This document shows positions 41,401-49,396 of a stretch of DNA of 64,000 nt, one piece after another (position 1 is the stretch's first letter; the number at the start of each line of letters is the position of its first letter). The notes beneath the pieces are model-generated. The model ran no database searches and was not told where the DNA came from. It saw nothing but the letters and a program-made list of their open reading frames with translations. Source of the DNA: Thermoanaerobaculia bacterium. Its GTDB lineage: Bacteria; Acidobacteriota; Thermoanaerobaculia; Multivoradales; Multivoraceae. Made by a program: the position numbers and the translations under genes. Location of the stretch: positions 2,848,001-2,912,000 of the forward strand of contig OY762911.1 in the NCBI GenBank assembly GCA_963666565.1. Reading direction: 5' to 3'.

Positions 41401-41868
41401 CGCCTCGATCCCCTCGTGGGCCGGCTCGCCGGCGCACTGCGCGAGGAATTGACTGCGCGACGCCACAAGCTCACCGTCGCGGTGACCGGTGCCGCCGAGG
41501 CGCTGGCCGCGGACGCGACCTGGCAGCGCTTGGACCAGGGCGAGCAGGAGGAGATCCTCCGGCAGTGCCAGCTTGACCCGCCTCGCGAGACCCCGATCGC
41601 GACGCGCCAGGAGCTTCTCGCCAACCTCGACAACCGCCCGCTCGCCGCATGGCAGGCCGAGGCCGATGCCGTCCGCGAGCGCGCCTCCCGGGCGTTGGGC
41701 GAAGCGGCGACCCGGCTTGGCGCCGGTTCCGAGGACGAGCCGGCGCCGACCCGCGTCACGATCCGCCCCGTTACGCTTGCCGACGAGGTGGCCGTCCGGG
41801 ACTGGCTGCGGGAGCAGGAGGAGCGGCTGGTGGAGGCGGTGCGGAAGGGGCCGGTGGTGCTGCGGTGA
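38401..41868 (+). CDS. brxC: BREX P-loop ATPase BrxC
   Basis: WVSGFFGSGKSH Walker A, VLDEVQQYIG Walker B, KLRDRF, YPLLP, PFGWPQD; 1155 aa. Confidence 0.92.
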   Translation: MKIHELLDRDPRGARLANNGQARLDVEGGRSEDVLREELSTFVCDGRFGDALQRILDRYLANLGAARQDAAWVSGFFGSGKSHLLKMAAHLWRNTSFEDGSTARGVAGESLPGDVQAALRELDTRATRAGRRPVAAAGTLLGGNDWVRRTVLEIVLRARGWPDQYAQAKFCFWLRDEGALDAVRAAVEAGERDWLRELNNLYVSPVLAGAVVDAVPGFAADVKNAMQALRAQFPPTREDITTEQFVDAARRALSDGDELPHTVLVLDEVQQYIGGDEDRSSAITELAEAIQTRFDSRVMLVGAGQSALSADTPHLAKLRDRFVIRVELTDADVEAVTRRVLLSKKQSAVPEIEKLFETHAGEVARHLRNTRIGARPEDAGHRVDDYPLLPVRRRFWEACFRAVDAGGAQSQLRSQLRILHDSLDGLASRDLGAAIPASDLFGALAPDMVSTGVLLGELDTRIRRLDDGTDRGRLRRDLCGLAFLIGRLPRETAVDMGVRATPSALADLLVTDITRDASAFRRDVERELESLAERGELLKVGEEYRLQTTEGAEWDRAYREQVAAMRQDEVEIGRVRNQLFGREVEEAVRSLRLIHGESKLRRTVKLHAGEEAPVPDAEAVVVWWRDGWSVRRNAVENEARRAGVEGPTLFAWLPRRNADELRERILAVEAAGRVLDLKGSPASPEGRDAKAGMESRRDDAVRQRTELVLDALRAAAVYQGGGTEVYGEDLRQRIERGAEASLARLFPEFDKGDHRAWEVALRRARDGNDAPLQIVGWEGQTADHPVAREVLAKAAAGARGTELHRALRAAPFGWPQDAVDAVLVALHRSGHLRAVRNGVDVAVGALDQAGIKAAEFRPERVVLTVSDRIAVRGLFQQVGVRARSGEEAQSARSFLDRLQELAESAGGAAPLPPVPETGFIDELSRLAGAEQLAAIHERRESIGESIAAWTALAERREGRERLWRLAAGLRRHAQGLSGTDSPEQEFEAIERQRSLLAETDRLDPLVGRLAGALREELTARRHKLTVAVTGAAEALAADATWQRLDQGEQEEILRQCQLDPPRETPIATRQELLANLDNRPLAAWQAEADAVRERASRALGEAATRLGAGSEDEPAPTRVTIRPVTLADEVAVRDWLREQEERLVEAVRKGPVVLR

Positions 41869-41870
41869 GC

Positions 41871-43157
41871 ATGTCGATAACCACAGAACAACTCGCGTCA
41901 CGCATTCGGGCTGCAAGGGAGGCAACCGGCTTGACACAGGAGGCGGTGGCTGGCGCGCTGAAGCTCTCGCGCCCCGCCGTGTCGCAGATGGAGGCCGGGA
42001 ACCGGGCCGTGTCGGGCCTCGAACTCGAGCGCCTCGGGCGCCTTTTCGGGAGGCGCATGACCGACTTCTTCGACGATGCGTTCTCTCCCGAACGAGGCGC
42101 GGCCATCGCGCTCTTCCGCGCGCATCCGATTCTGAGCAGCGACTCCGACCTACGGGACGCGGTGGGGCTGGCACTGGAGTTCGGGCGTTCCGTGGCCCAC
42201 CTTGAGGACCGGCTCCAGATCGACAGGCGCGAGGTGGTGGCGTACGGCTATGGGACCGCCGCCATGAAGAACAAGTGGGATGCCATCCAGCAGGGAGAGC
42301 GCGTGGCCGGCGCGGAGCGGAACAGGCTGGGGCTGGGCATCGAGCCGCTGCCCGATCTCGTGGATCTGTTGGAGAGGCAGGGCGTGCGCGCCGTGGCGGC
42401 GTCGATGCCTGCCAAAGTGTCCGGCCTGACCCTGGTGGACGATGCGGCGGGCATCGTCGTCGCGGTCAATGGACGGCACGGGTTCAACCGGCAGCGCTTC
42501 TCGCTGGCCCGGGAGTACGCCCATGTCCTGTTCGACCGCGACAGGCAGGCCTGCCTGAGCCGCAGGGAGGACCAGGAATCGTCGATGGAGGTGCGGGCCG
42601 ACTCCTTCGCCGCCACTTTCTTGCTTCCGGCCGACGGTGTTCGTCGCTATGTCCACTACCTCGCCAAGGGGCGCGCGAGCCGGACTCGCCGCCAAGTCTC
42701 GGACGGCCGGGACGTTCAAACCGCGGAGCGCCGACGGCCTCCCGGCAGCCAGGGGCTGCGTCTGCACGACGTGGCAATGCTCGCTCATCACTTCGGCGTC
42801 AGCCGCGTGGCGGCGCTCTACCGCCTGAACGGCCTGGGGATCCTCACCGAACGGCAGCGGGCCGCTTTGGCCGAGTGGAACGTCGGCCACGGCGAACGCC
42901 TCGCGAGCCTGCTTGGTCTTCGGAACCCCGACGCCGCCCGCCGTCGCTTGCCTCGCAAGCGTCTCGTGACCCTCGGAATCGAGGCCCTGGAGCGGGAGAT
43001 CATCTCCTACAGCAAGCTCCGCGAGTTGGCCGGACTAGTGGGCGTGAGCGAGGACGATCTGGAGGAACTCGTGGTGGCCGCAGGAATCGACCCGAGACCG
43101 CCGGTTGATGTGTCGCCGGTGGACTGGGACGTTCTGAGAAGAGGATCGGTGAGGTAG
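41871..43157 (+). CDS. XRE HTH + ImmA/IrrE (Peptidase_M78)-like regulator with a degenerate zinc motif
   Basis: IRAAREATGLTQEAVA..SRPAVSQMEAGNR HTH; RQRFSLAREYAH instead of RFTLAHEYAH; EVRADSFAATFLLP. Confidence 0.88.
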   Translation: MSITTEQLASRIRAAREATGLTQEAVAGALKLSRPAVSQMEAGNRAVSGLELERLGRLFGRRMTDFFDDAFSPERGAAIALFRAHPILSSDSDLRDAVGLALEFGRSVAHLEDRLQIDRREVVAYGYGTAAMKNKWDAIQQGERVAGAERNRLGLGIEPLPDLVDLLERQGVRAVAASMPAKVSGLTLVDDAAGIVVAVNGRHGFNRQRFSLAREYAHVLFDRDRQACLSRREDQESSMEVRADSFAATFLLPADGVRRYVHYLAKGRASRTRRQVSDGRDVQTAERRRPPGSQGLRLHDVAMLAHHFGVSRVAALYRLNGLGILTERQRAALAEWNVGHGERLASLLGLRNPDAARRRLPRKRLVTLGIEALEREIISYSKLRELAGLVGVSEDDLEELVVAAGIDPRPPVDVSPVDWDVLRRGSVR

Positions 43158-45790
43158 TGGCGAGTCGAGCCGAGGCTCACGACGGGGCGCTGGATGCACT
43201 AAGTCATCCGGTGGTCCTTCGCGGAGCTTGGCTTCGCGTAGACGGCTGGTATCGCAGCGGCAACTTGGCGCCTCAACCCGAACTCTCCCTCTGGCGCCTT
43301 CACCCGGAACGCGAGATGCGCCGGCTAGCGCGCGATCTGCGAAGGGAGAGATGGACGCCGAGCGATTGGCTCCAGGTTCCGTACCCGAAGCGGGGCGCTT
43401 GCTTGCGCCACTACACGATGCCCTCCGTACGCGACCAAGTTGCGTTCATGGCGTTTCTGGTGCTGCTGGGCCCTCTGTTGGATCGCCAGTTTGAGAACTT
43501 CGTATTCGGGAACAGGTGGTATCGGCCGATTCGATGGGAGCGACGGACCGGCCGGGGTCACTGGGTGCAGGGCCCTTACCCGTTGCTGACGGACAAGGCC
43601 TATCTGCCTTACGCCCGCTCGCATGGCCTCTATCGTCGCGTAGCACACTGGACAGTTGCGCGAATGACGAACGCGCGGATACGCGACCACGACTACGGAG
43701 GGCCACTTCAGCTCCCCGACGACTACGTGCGGACATCGCTTCCTGAGTGGACCAGGGAGGAGTGGTGGGCTACTGAAGACCGCGGCGCCCGTTGTGCCTA
43801 CTGGGCAGCTCTGGACCTCCAGCTCGCGTATCCCTCGATTCGTCTCAGTCGACTGCGCGAGAGCATCCGTCAGATGGCCGGCCAAGCTCCGGTCTTCGAG
43901 TTGAGTGGCTTCCCCGAGGCCGTTCTCGACATCATGGCTCGTCCTGGGACTCCCGAGCTTCTTGGCGACCACCTTGCCGACGCGCTCGACGCAGTGACCG
44001 TGTTGTCTGGAGAGATCCCGGAGACTGCTTGGCGTCCCTGCTGCGCGGCTCCGGACCTGCCTCCCGACAACCGCGGCCTTCCCACAGGGCTCGCGATATC
44101 GGGACTTCTGATGAACGTCCTCCTGCACGCCGGCGACAGCGAACTCTTGACGAGCCTAGAGGCCCGGGAAGGTCGGGACCGTAGCGCCTTCCTCAGATTC
44201 GCGGACGACATGTACGTTCTGTCGCGATCCGCCAACGGCCTAGTCGACCTCATTGACGACGTCTGGAGGGCCTTGGTGGGCGAGGACTCCGTCGCCCTCG
44301 CGAGCGGGGTCTCGCCGTCGAACCTCTACCTCAATCTCGGCAAGGTAGCGCCCGAGGAGTTGTCGAAGTTGGTCAACGCCTATCTCAAGGCACAGGGTTG
44401 GAAGTGCTGCGGTAGCTGCCGTCGCCTGAGGCCCCAAGGATCTGCAACCGAAACGGAAGTCCCCACGTTGGGCGACTGGTTCCGTTCGGAGGGAGGCGAT
44501 GGAAGTTCATGGGGCGTGGATCTCCAACGGACGGCAGTGGGTCCCAACGAAGTGGGTCCGTTCTTGACGACATTGGTTTCCCGGCTGAGCGAGCTCGGTA
44601 CGGATACTCTGGCGGAGCGCTTTGGCGAGGGAGCCAGGCATCGGCTCGGCCGACTTCACGAACTGGCCCGATTCGACATCGACGACAAGCAGGTTCGCCC
44701 CGAAACTCGTCGCGCGTTTGCGGCCAATCGGCTAGTCAGGACCTGGCTTTCGCCCGACGGGGCCAAGGCGCGCGCCACCTTGGCGGACATTCGGGAGTCG
44801 ATTGCCTACGTGCTGCGAGTGACGCCTTGGAAATTCTCGCTCTGGAGGTCCGTGGTGAGGGCGGCTGCAATGCGTCCGCCTGAGCGGTCCGAAGAAGACG
44901 AGCGGCTGGCTCGGGATTGGCTTGTCGGCCGGCTCCGGCATATCGCCCACGTTCAAGGCGGTCAGGATTCGCGCTCCTGGATGAACGCTTGGCCGGAGGA
45001 TCTGGAGGATGAGGATCGGAGTGACCGAGACGCGCTTTGGAAGGCGCTGTACCTGTCCTTCCACAGGGCGGCTTTCTGGCATGCGATGGGCGACGTACTG
45101 AGGGAGCTCTGGCGTCACGATGATCGAGTCAAGCAACCACCGGTGGGCGACGCCGGGCCGTCGCCGAGTTGGTGGACGGTACGGGCTCTCCCTGGCGGAG
45201 GGCACGCTGTCGTCGCTGCTTGGCTAGGAGCGCTAGACGAGTGGACGGGCGTGCTCTACCCGTCCGAGGACGTCACGGATCGTCTGAGACGATGGCCTTG
45301 GGAGCTTGACGAACTCGTTGCCGCTGTTCTCGCTTCCAGTGCCCGACCGGAGGTTGCGGAGGGCCTGCGCCGTGCAGAGCGGCCCGGCGGGTCGCTCGCG
45401 GCACCTGTTGCGCTTATCAGCGGCAGGTGGCGGCGAACTGCCGAGCTTCTTGAGAAGGCTGAGCGCGTCCTGCCGCCACATGCGAAGGAAAGGGCCCTGA
45501 ACGAGAGCGCACTCGCACATCTCTACTTGGCGGGTCGCCGAAAGGGCTTGGCACCCGTCCTGTTTCCGGCGGGCCAGCCGCCGCGAATTCTGGGGGCTCC
45601 CCGAGACACTGACCATGCGATCGCCGTCGGAATGGCTCTTGGGTGTGGCGCGAGCATCGGCCTGGACCTGCTGCGGCAAGCGCTTCTTGATCCCGCGGTG
45701 GCGGCTCGAAAGGCCTCGCGTGATCCGCACGCCCTCCGGGAGTACGGACGCGCACGGCGTCTTTACCTGGGCCACGAGGTGCAGGCGTAA
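43157..45790 (+). CDS. reverse transcriptase, UG/Abi (defence-associated, nitrilase-linked) type
   Basis: PYPK..LRHYTMPSVRDQV, FGNR, LDLQLAYPSI, GLPTGLAISGLLMN, RFADDM, LNLGK; long C-terminal extension with no maturase or HNH domain. Confidence 0.88.
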   Translation: MASRAEAHDGALDALSHPVVLRGAWLRVDGWYRSGNLAPQPELSLWRLHPEREMRRLARDLRRERWTPSDWLQVPYPKRGACLRHYTMPSVRDQVAFMAFLVLLGPLLDRQFENFVFGNRWYRPIRWERRTGRGHWVQGPYPLLTDKAYLPYARSHGLYRRVAHWTVARMTNARIRDHDYGGPLQLPDDYVRTSLPEWTREEWWATEDRGARCAYWAALDLQLAYPSIRLSRLRESIRQMAGQAPVFELSGFPEAVLDIMARPGTPELLGDHLADALDAVTVLSGEIPETAWRPCCAAPDLPPDNRGLPTGLAISGLLMNVLLHAGDSELLTSLEAREGRDRSAFLRFADDMYVLSRSANGLVDLIDDVWRALVGEDSVALASGVSPSNLYLNLGKVAPEELSKLVNAYLKAQGWKCCGSCRRLRPQGSATETEVPTLGDWFRSEGGDGSSWGVDLQRTAVGPNEVGPFLTTLVSRLSELGTDTLAERFGEGARHRLGRLHELARFDIDDKQVRPETRRAFAANRLVRTWLSPDGAKARATLADIRESIAYVLRVTPWKFSLWRSVVRAAAMRPPERSEEDERLARDWLVGRLRHIAHVQGGQDSRSWMNAWPEDLEDEDRSDRDALWKALYLSFHRAAFWHAMGDVLRELWRHDDRVKQPPVGDAGPSPSWWTVRALPGGGHAVVAAWLGALDEWTGVLYPSEDVTDRLRRWPWELDELVAAVLASSARPEVAEGLRRAERPGGSLAAPVALISGRWRRTAELLEKAERVLPPHAKERALNESALAHLYLAGRRKGLAPVLFPAGQPPRILGAPRDTDHAIAVGMALGCGASIGLDLLRQALLDPAVAARKASRDPHALREYGRARRLYLGHEVQA

Positions 45791-45793
45791 CAG

Positions 45794-47596
45794 ATGTTGC
45801 CGACGCTCCATCGACTGCTTTGGGGTCCCACTCGGGAGAAGCGTCTCGCGGAATGGGCGCCCCGGCCATGGGAGGTGCCCGCGGTTGGTCTGCCTGTCCG
45901 CGTAGCGGTCTTTCTCTACTCATCGGTAGCGCGGTCCCCGTGTCCTTCTGAGTGGACGCCGGAAGCGGGACCGCTGACGTGGTCGCTTGGCGGTGAGCTG
46001 GAGGTCCTTGGCGCAGGCAGGCTCGCCCAGTTCGAGATGAACCCGGCAGCTTCGCCAAGCGGTAGCGCATCCCCCGGTCGAGGTCCCGTTCTCAGGCGCA
46101 CCACCGCTTGGGAAGTTCCGCCGCATGAGGCGTACTTTCTTCCTCTTGCGGCTGCGGCCGAAGTGGCGGCGATCAAGGCCGAGGACTATGCACTCTACTG
46201 CGACGTTCTCCTGCTGATTACCGCGCTCGACGGTGGTGAAGCGATTCTCTCGGGATTGGCCGAGCGAGGAGTCGGTGCCGTTCCATTCGTGGACCGATGG
46301 GCTTGGCGGTCCCGAATCCACCTTCCTGAGGCGGCGTGGGCGGCGATGGACGCAATTCTCCGCTGGTCTACGAGGCCTGACCGTGAGTTCGGTCCGGGAC
46401 GAGAGGAGTTTGCTCACGCTCTTGAGGCTTGCTGCCCGAAGACGATCACGAACGACGACTTCAAGCGCGAGCGCATCGACATCGGCTTGGCGGACGCGCG
46501 CTCCACCGAAGTTCCCCGCACGGTGCGGCCACCAGGGCTGGTGGACGGCAAACTGCCGGAGGAACTTGAAGTGAACGAGGCGGAGCTCGCCGACTCGCTC
46601 CTGCTTCGCGTCGGCCAAACGTTTGAGCCGAAGCGGTCGTTCAACTCGATGCTCTCCTCCTTTCCCCGCATGGAGCTAGAGGCAGGCAACGCCGTCCTTG
46701 AACAGATCGCCAGTGCGTTCCAGGCGCCACATCACCCGAGCCCGGAGCAGACCCCCGGTCTCGTCGTGTTTCCCGAACTGGCCGTGCCGCAACCCGAGGC
46801 CCGCACGGTTCGCGACCTGGTCCGCGAGACTGGCATCGCTTCGCTGAGCGGCCTCTACTGGCGGCAACTCAAGCCTGCGTATCCGGCACGGGGCTTGACC
46901 CGCGCATCCAGGAGTTGGTTCGTCAATGAGGCCGAGCTCACGCTCCCCGTGGGCCACAAAGAGCCCGGGCCTACCAGTGTTCGTTGGTACCGGGTTCGCA
47001 AGCCGGTGCCGGCCCATATCGAGGCCGGCTTGGCATCGGCGCTTGGTTCCCGGTGCTGTGGACAAGACGAGCTGAAACCCGGCGAGGAGACTTGCTGGGC
47101 CATGCTCAAGGGGCGGAGGTGGTACAGGTTCCTCCATCCCGATTGGGGCGACTTCTCGGTCGCGATCTGCGCAGACCTGCTCGATGCCGCGCCTTGGCGC
47201 TCCTTGCGAGGCGAGATCATGCATCTCTTCATGGTCGCCTTCAATCAGGATCTCGACCTGTTCGACGCGCTGACGCGGACAAGGTCGTACGAGAACTTCG
47301 CGAACGTCGTGACCGTGAATGACGGCCGCTACGGCGGCAGCGTGCTGTGGACGCCCAAGCGGGGCCACCGTCGGGAGGCGGGGCGCGTTCGAGGCGGCGG
47401 TCTCTCAGTTACGGCCGACGTGCGATTGCCCGTGAAGGAGCTCTTTCGCCGACAGAGGTTCGGAGTCGCCGAGGCGGAGCGCCGTGCGGAAGTGCAGTGG
47501 CAGGGCAAGAAGGAAGATCCTGAGAAGTTCAAGGCGCCGCCTCCCGGATTCAGGCGGCGCGCTTCGAATCAGTGCCCGAAGTTCAAGGAGGTTTGA
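45794..47596 (+). CDS. carbon-nitrogen hydrolase (nitrilase) domain protein associated with the RT
   Basis: E-K-C triad contexts VVFPELAVP, RVRKPVPAHIE, VAICADLLD; AFNQD..F, VNDGRYGGS. Confidence 0.82.
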   Translation: MLPTLHRLLWGPTREKRLAEWAPRPWEVPAVGLPVRVAVFLYSSVARSPCPSEWTPEAGPLTWSLGGELEVLGAGRLAQFEMNPAASPSGSASPGRGPVLRRTTAWEVPPHEAYFLPLAAAAEVAAIKAEDYALYCDVLLLITALDGGEAILSGLAERGVGAVPFVDRWAWRSRIHLPEAAWAAMDAILRWSTRPDREFGPGREEFAHALEACCPKTITNDDFKRERIDIGLADARSTEVPRTVRPPGLVDGKLPEELEVNEAELADSLLLRVGQTFEPKRSFNSMLSSFPRMELEAGNAVLEQIASAFQAPHHPSPEQTPGLVVFPELAVPQPEARTVRDLVRETGIASLSGLYWRQLKPAYPARGLTRASRSWFVNEAELTLPVGHKEPGPTSVRWYRVRKPVPAHIEAGLASALGSRCCGQDELKPGEETCWAMLKGRRWYRFLHPDWGDFSVAICADLLDAAPWRSLRGEIMHLFMVAFNQDLDLFDALTRTRSYENFANVVTVNDGRYGGSVLWTPKRGHRREAGRVRGGGLSVTADVRLPVKELFRRQRFGVAEAERRAEVQWQGKKEDPEKFKAPPPGFRRRASNQCPKFKEV

Positions 47597-47599
47597 CCG

Positions 47600-48781
47600 A
47601 TGGCGACGATCCACACCCTACAGCTCGATGGTTTCTTGTCCTTCCCGCCGGGTTCGTCGGCGTTCGAGCTTCAGCCTCTGAACGTACTGATCGGACCGAA
47701 CGGCGCCGGCAAGTCGAACTTCATCGAGGCGTTCGAGCTTCTCGCGGCTGCGCCGGTGGACTTTGCCGCGGCAGTACGGAGTGGGGGCGGCGCGAAGGAA
47801 TGGCCGTGGAAGGGAGTGGGCGCTAGGTCCACCGCCCGCATCGAGACCGTGCTGGCTGATGGAACCCCGACTGGTCGGCCGCTTCGCCATGGCATCGAGT
47901 TCGGCTCGGTCGCCCGCCGGGCGGAGGTCCTCGACGAGGTGGTGGAGGAGACGAGGCCCTACGCGGGGAACGAGGACGTTTTCTTCTACTATCGGTTCCA
48001 ACAAGGCGAGCCAGCGATCAGCGTTCGCGAGGAAGGCGGCAAAGCGGTCCAGCGGAGCCTGAAGAGAGAGAACCTGCCTCCCGATCAGTCGGTCCTCGCT
48101 CGCTACAAGAGCGTCGACCTCTGCCCGGAAGTTGCGTGGGTCTCGGAGCGCTTCAAGGCGATTCGGACATTCCGTGAGTGGACGTTCGGCCGCTTCGCGT
48201 CGCTTCGGGAGCCGCAACGCTCCGACCTGCCGGACGACAGCCTGCTGCCGAACAACTTGAATCTCGCGCTTGTTCTGAACTACATCGGACACTCCGGCGC
48301 GACGCAACTGGAGCACGAGATGCGGCAGTTTCTCCCGCGGTTCGCACGCCTGTCCACGCGAGTCGCCGGCGGATCCGTGCAGTTCTACGTTCACGAGAAC
48401 GGATTGACCGCACCCATTCCGGCAAGCCGTCTCTCGGACGGCACGATGCGGTTCATGGCCATCCTTGTCACCTTGCTTCATCCCGACCCGCCTCCCCTTG
48501 TTTGCATCGAGGAGCCAGAGCTTGGGCTGCACCCGGACGCGGTTGTCGGGCTGGGGGACCTCCTCGTCGAGGCATCCTCGCGGATGCAGCTGGTCGTGAC
48601 GACGCACTCCGACGCTCTGGTTGCTGCTCTCTCCAACCGAGCAGACTCGGTCGTCACGTGCCAGTGGAAGGGCGGGGGAAGCGCCTTGGAGCGAGTTGAT
48701 CCGGAGCGGCTTCGCAGGTGGCTCCACGAATACACCTTGGGCGACATCTGGCGGATGGGCAAGCTGGGTGCGAACCCGTGA
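47600..48781 (+). CDS. ABC-type AAA ATPase (AAA_21/AAA_15-like)
   Basis: LIGPNGAGKSN, LSDGT signature, CIEEPELGLHPD, VTTHS. Confidence 0.9.
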   Translation: MATIHTLQLDGFLSFPPGSSAFELQPLNVLIGPNGAGKSNFIEAFELLAAAPVDFAAAVRSGGGAKEWPWKGVGARSTARIETVLADGTPTGRPLRHGIEFGSVARRAEVLDEVVEETRPYAGNEDVFFYYRFQQGEPAISVREEGGKAVQRSLKRENLPPDQSVLARYKSVDLCPEVAWVSERFKAIRTFREWTFGRFASLREPQRSDLPDDSLLPNNLNLALVLNYIGHSGATQLEHEMRQFLPRFARLSTRVAGGSVQFYVHENGLTAPIPASRLSDGTMRFMAILVTLLHPDPPPLVCIEEPELGLHPDAVVGLGDLLVEASSRMQLVVTTHSDALVAALSNRADSVVTCQWKGGGSALERVDPERLRRWLHEYTLGDIWRMGKLGANP

Positions 48782-49395
48782 CCGACATCGAGGTCTACAT
48801 GGAAGGCGGAGGCCGCACCGCCAGTTCGAGGGCGCTGCTCCGTGAAGGGGCGGAGGAGTTTCTTGGGGAACTTCGATCCGCTGCGCGAAGCCGGGGCCTC
48901 GAACTGAGGATCGTCTGCTGCGGCGGGCGAGGCGAGGCACGAGCCGACTTCGTCGAGGCAAGGAGCGAGGGGCGGTTCGCGGCGCTCCTGCTAGTGGACT
49001 CGGAGAAGCCGGTCGAGGGCGATCCCAGAACCCACCTCGTCACTCACGACGGCTGGGGGGATCTGGAACCGGCGTCCGAGAGCGAGATTCACCTAATGGT
49101 GCAGGTGATGGAGACCTGGCTCGTCGCCGATCCTCAGGCGCTCGCGAGGCACTATGGACCTGCCTTTCGCACGGACCTTCTGCCGGCGGACCAGGACTTG
49201 GAGACGGTAGAGAAGGAGACGGTGCTCGCGACCCTCGAAGAGGCTACTGCACCGACGTCGGAGGGCCGCTACCACAAGATCCACCATGCCAGACGGCTCC
49301 TCGGCCTGATCGACTCGGAGAGGGTCCAAGCGCGCTGCCCGCATTGCAAGCGGCTCTTCGAGATGCTGACGGCCTTGATCGAGGAGGCGGCCTGA
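48778..49395 (+). CDS. DUF4276 family (TOPRIM-like) protein
   Basis: IEVYMEGGG, CCGGR, LLVDSE, MVQVMETWLVAD, YHKIHH..CPHC; GTGA overlap with the ATPase. Confidence 0.8.
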   Translation: MTDIEVYMEGGGRTASSRALLREGAEEFLGELRSAARSRGLELRIVCCGGRGEARADFVEARSEGRFAALLLVDSEKPVEGDPRTHLVTHDGWGDLEPASESEIHLMVQVMETWLVADPQALARHYGPAFRTDLLPADQDLETVEKETVLATLEEATAPTSEGRYHKIHHARRLLGLIDSERVQARCPHCKRLFEMLTALIEEAA

Positions 49396-49396
49396 G

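Noticed and set aside
43157-45790. RT as a group II intron, retron, DGR or CRISPR-associated RT
   Set aside because: No maturase or HNH domain, no retron NAxxH/VTG motifs, no flanking ncRNA space, no TR/VR repeat pair and no cas1; the GLPTG motif and nitrilase neighbour point to the UG/Abi class.
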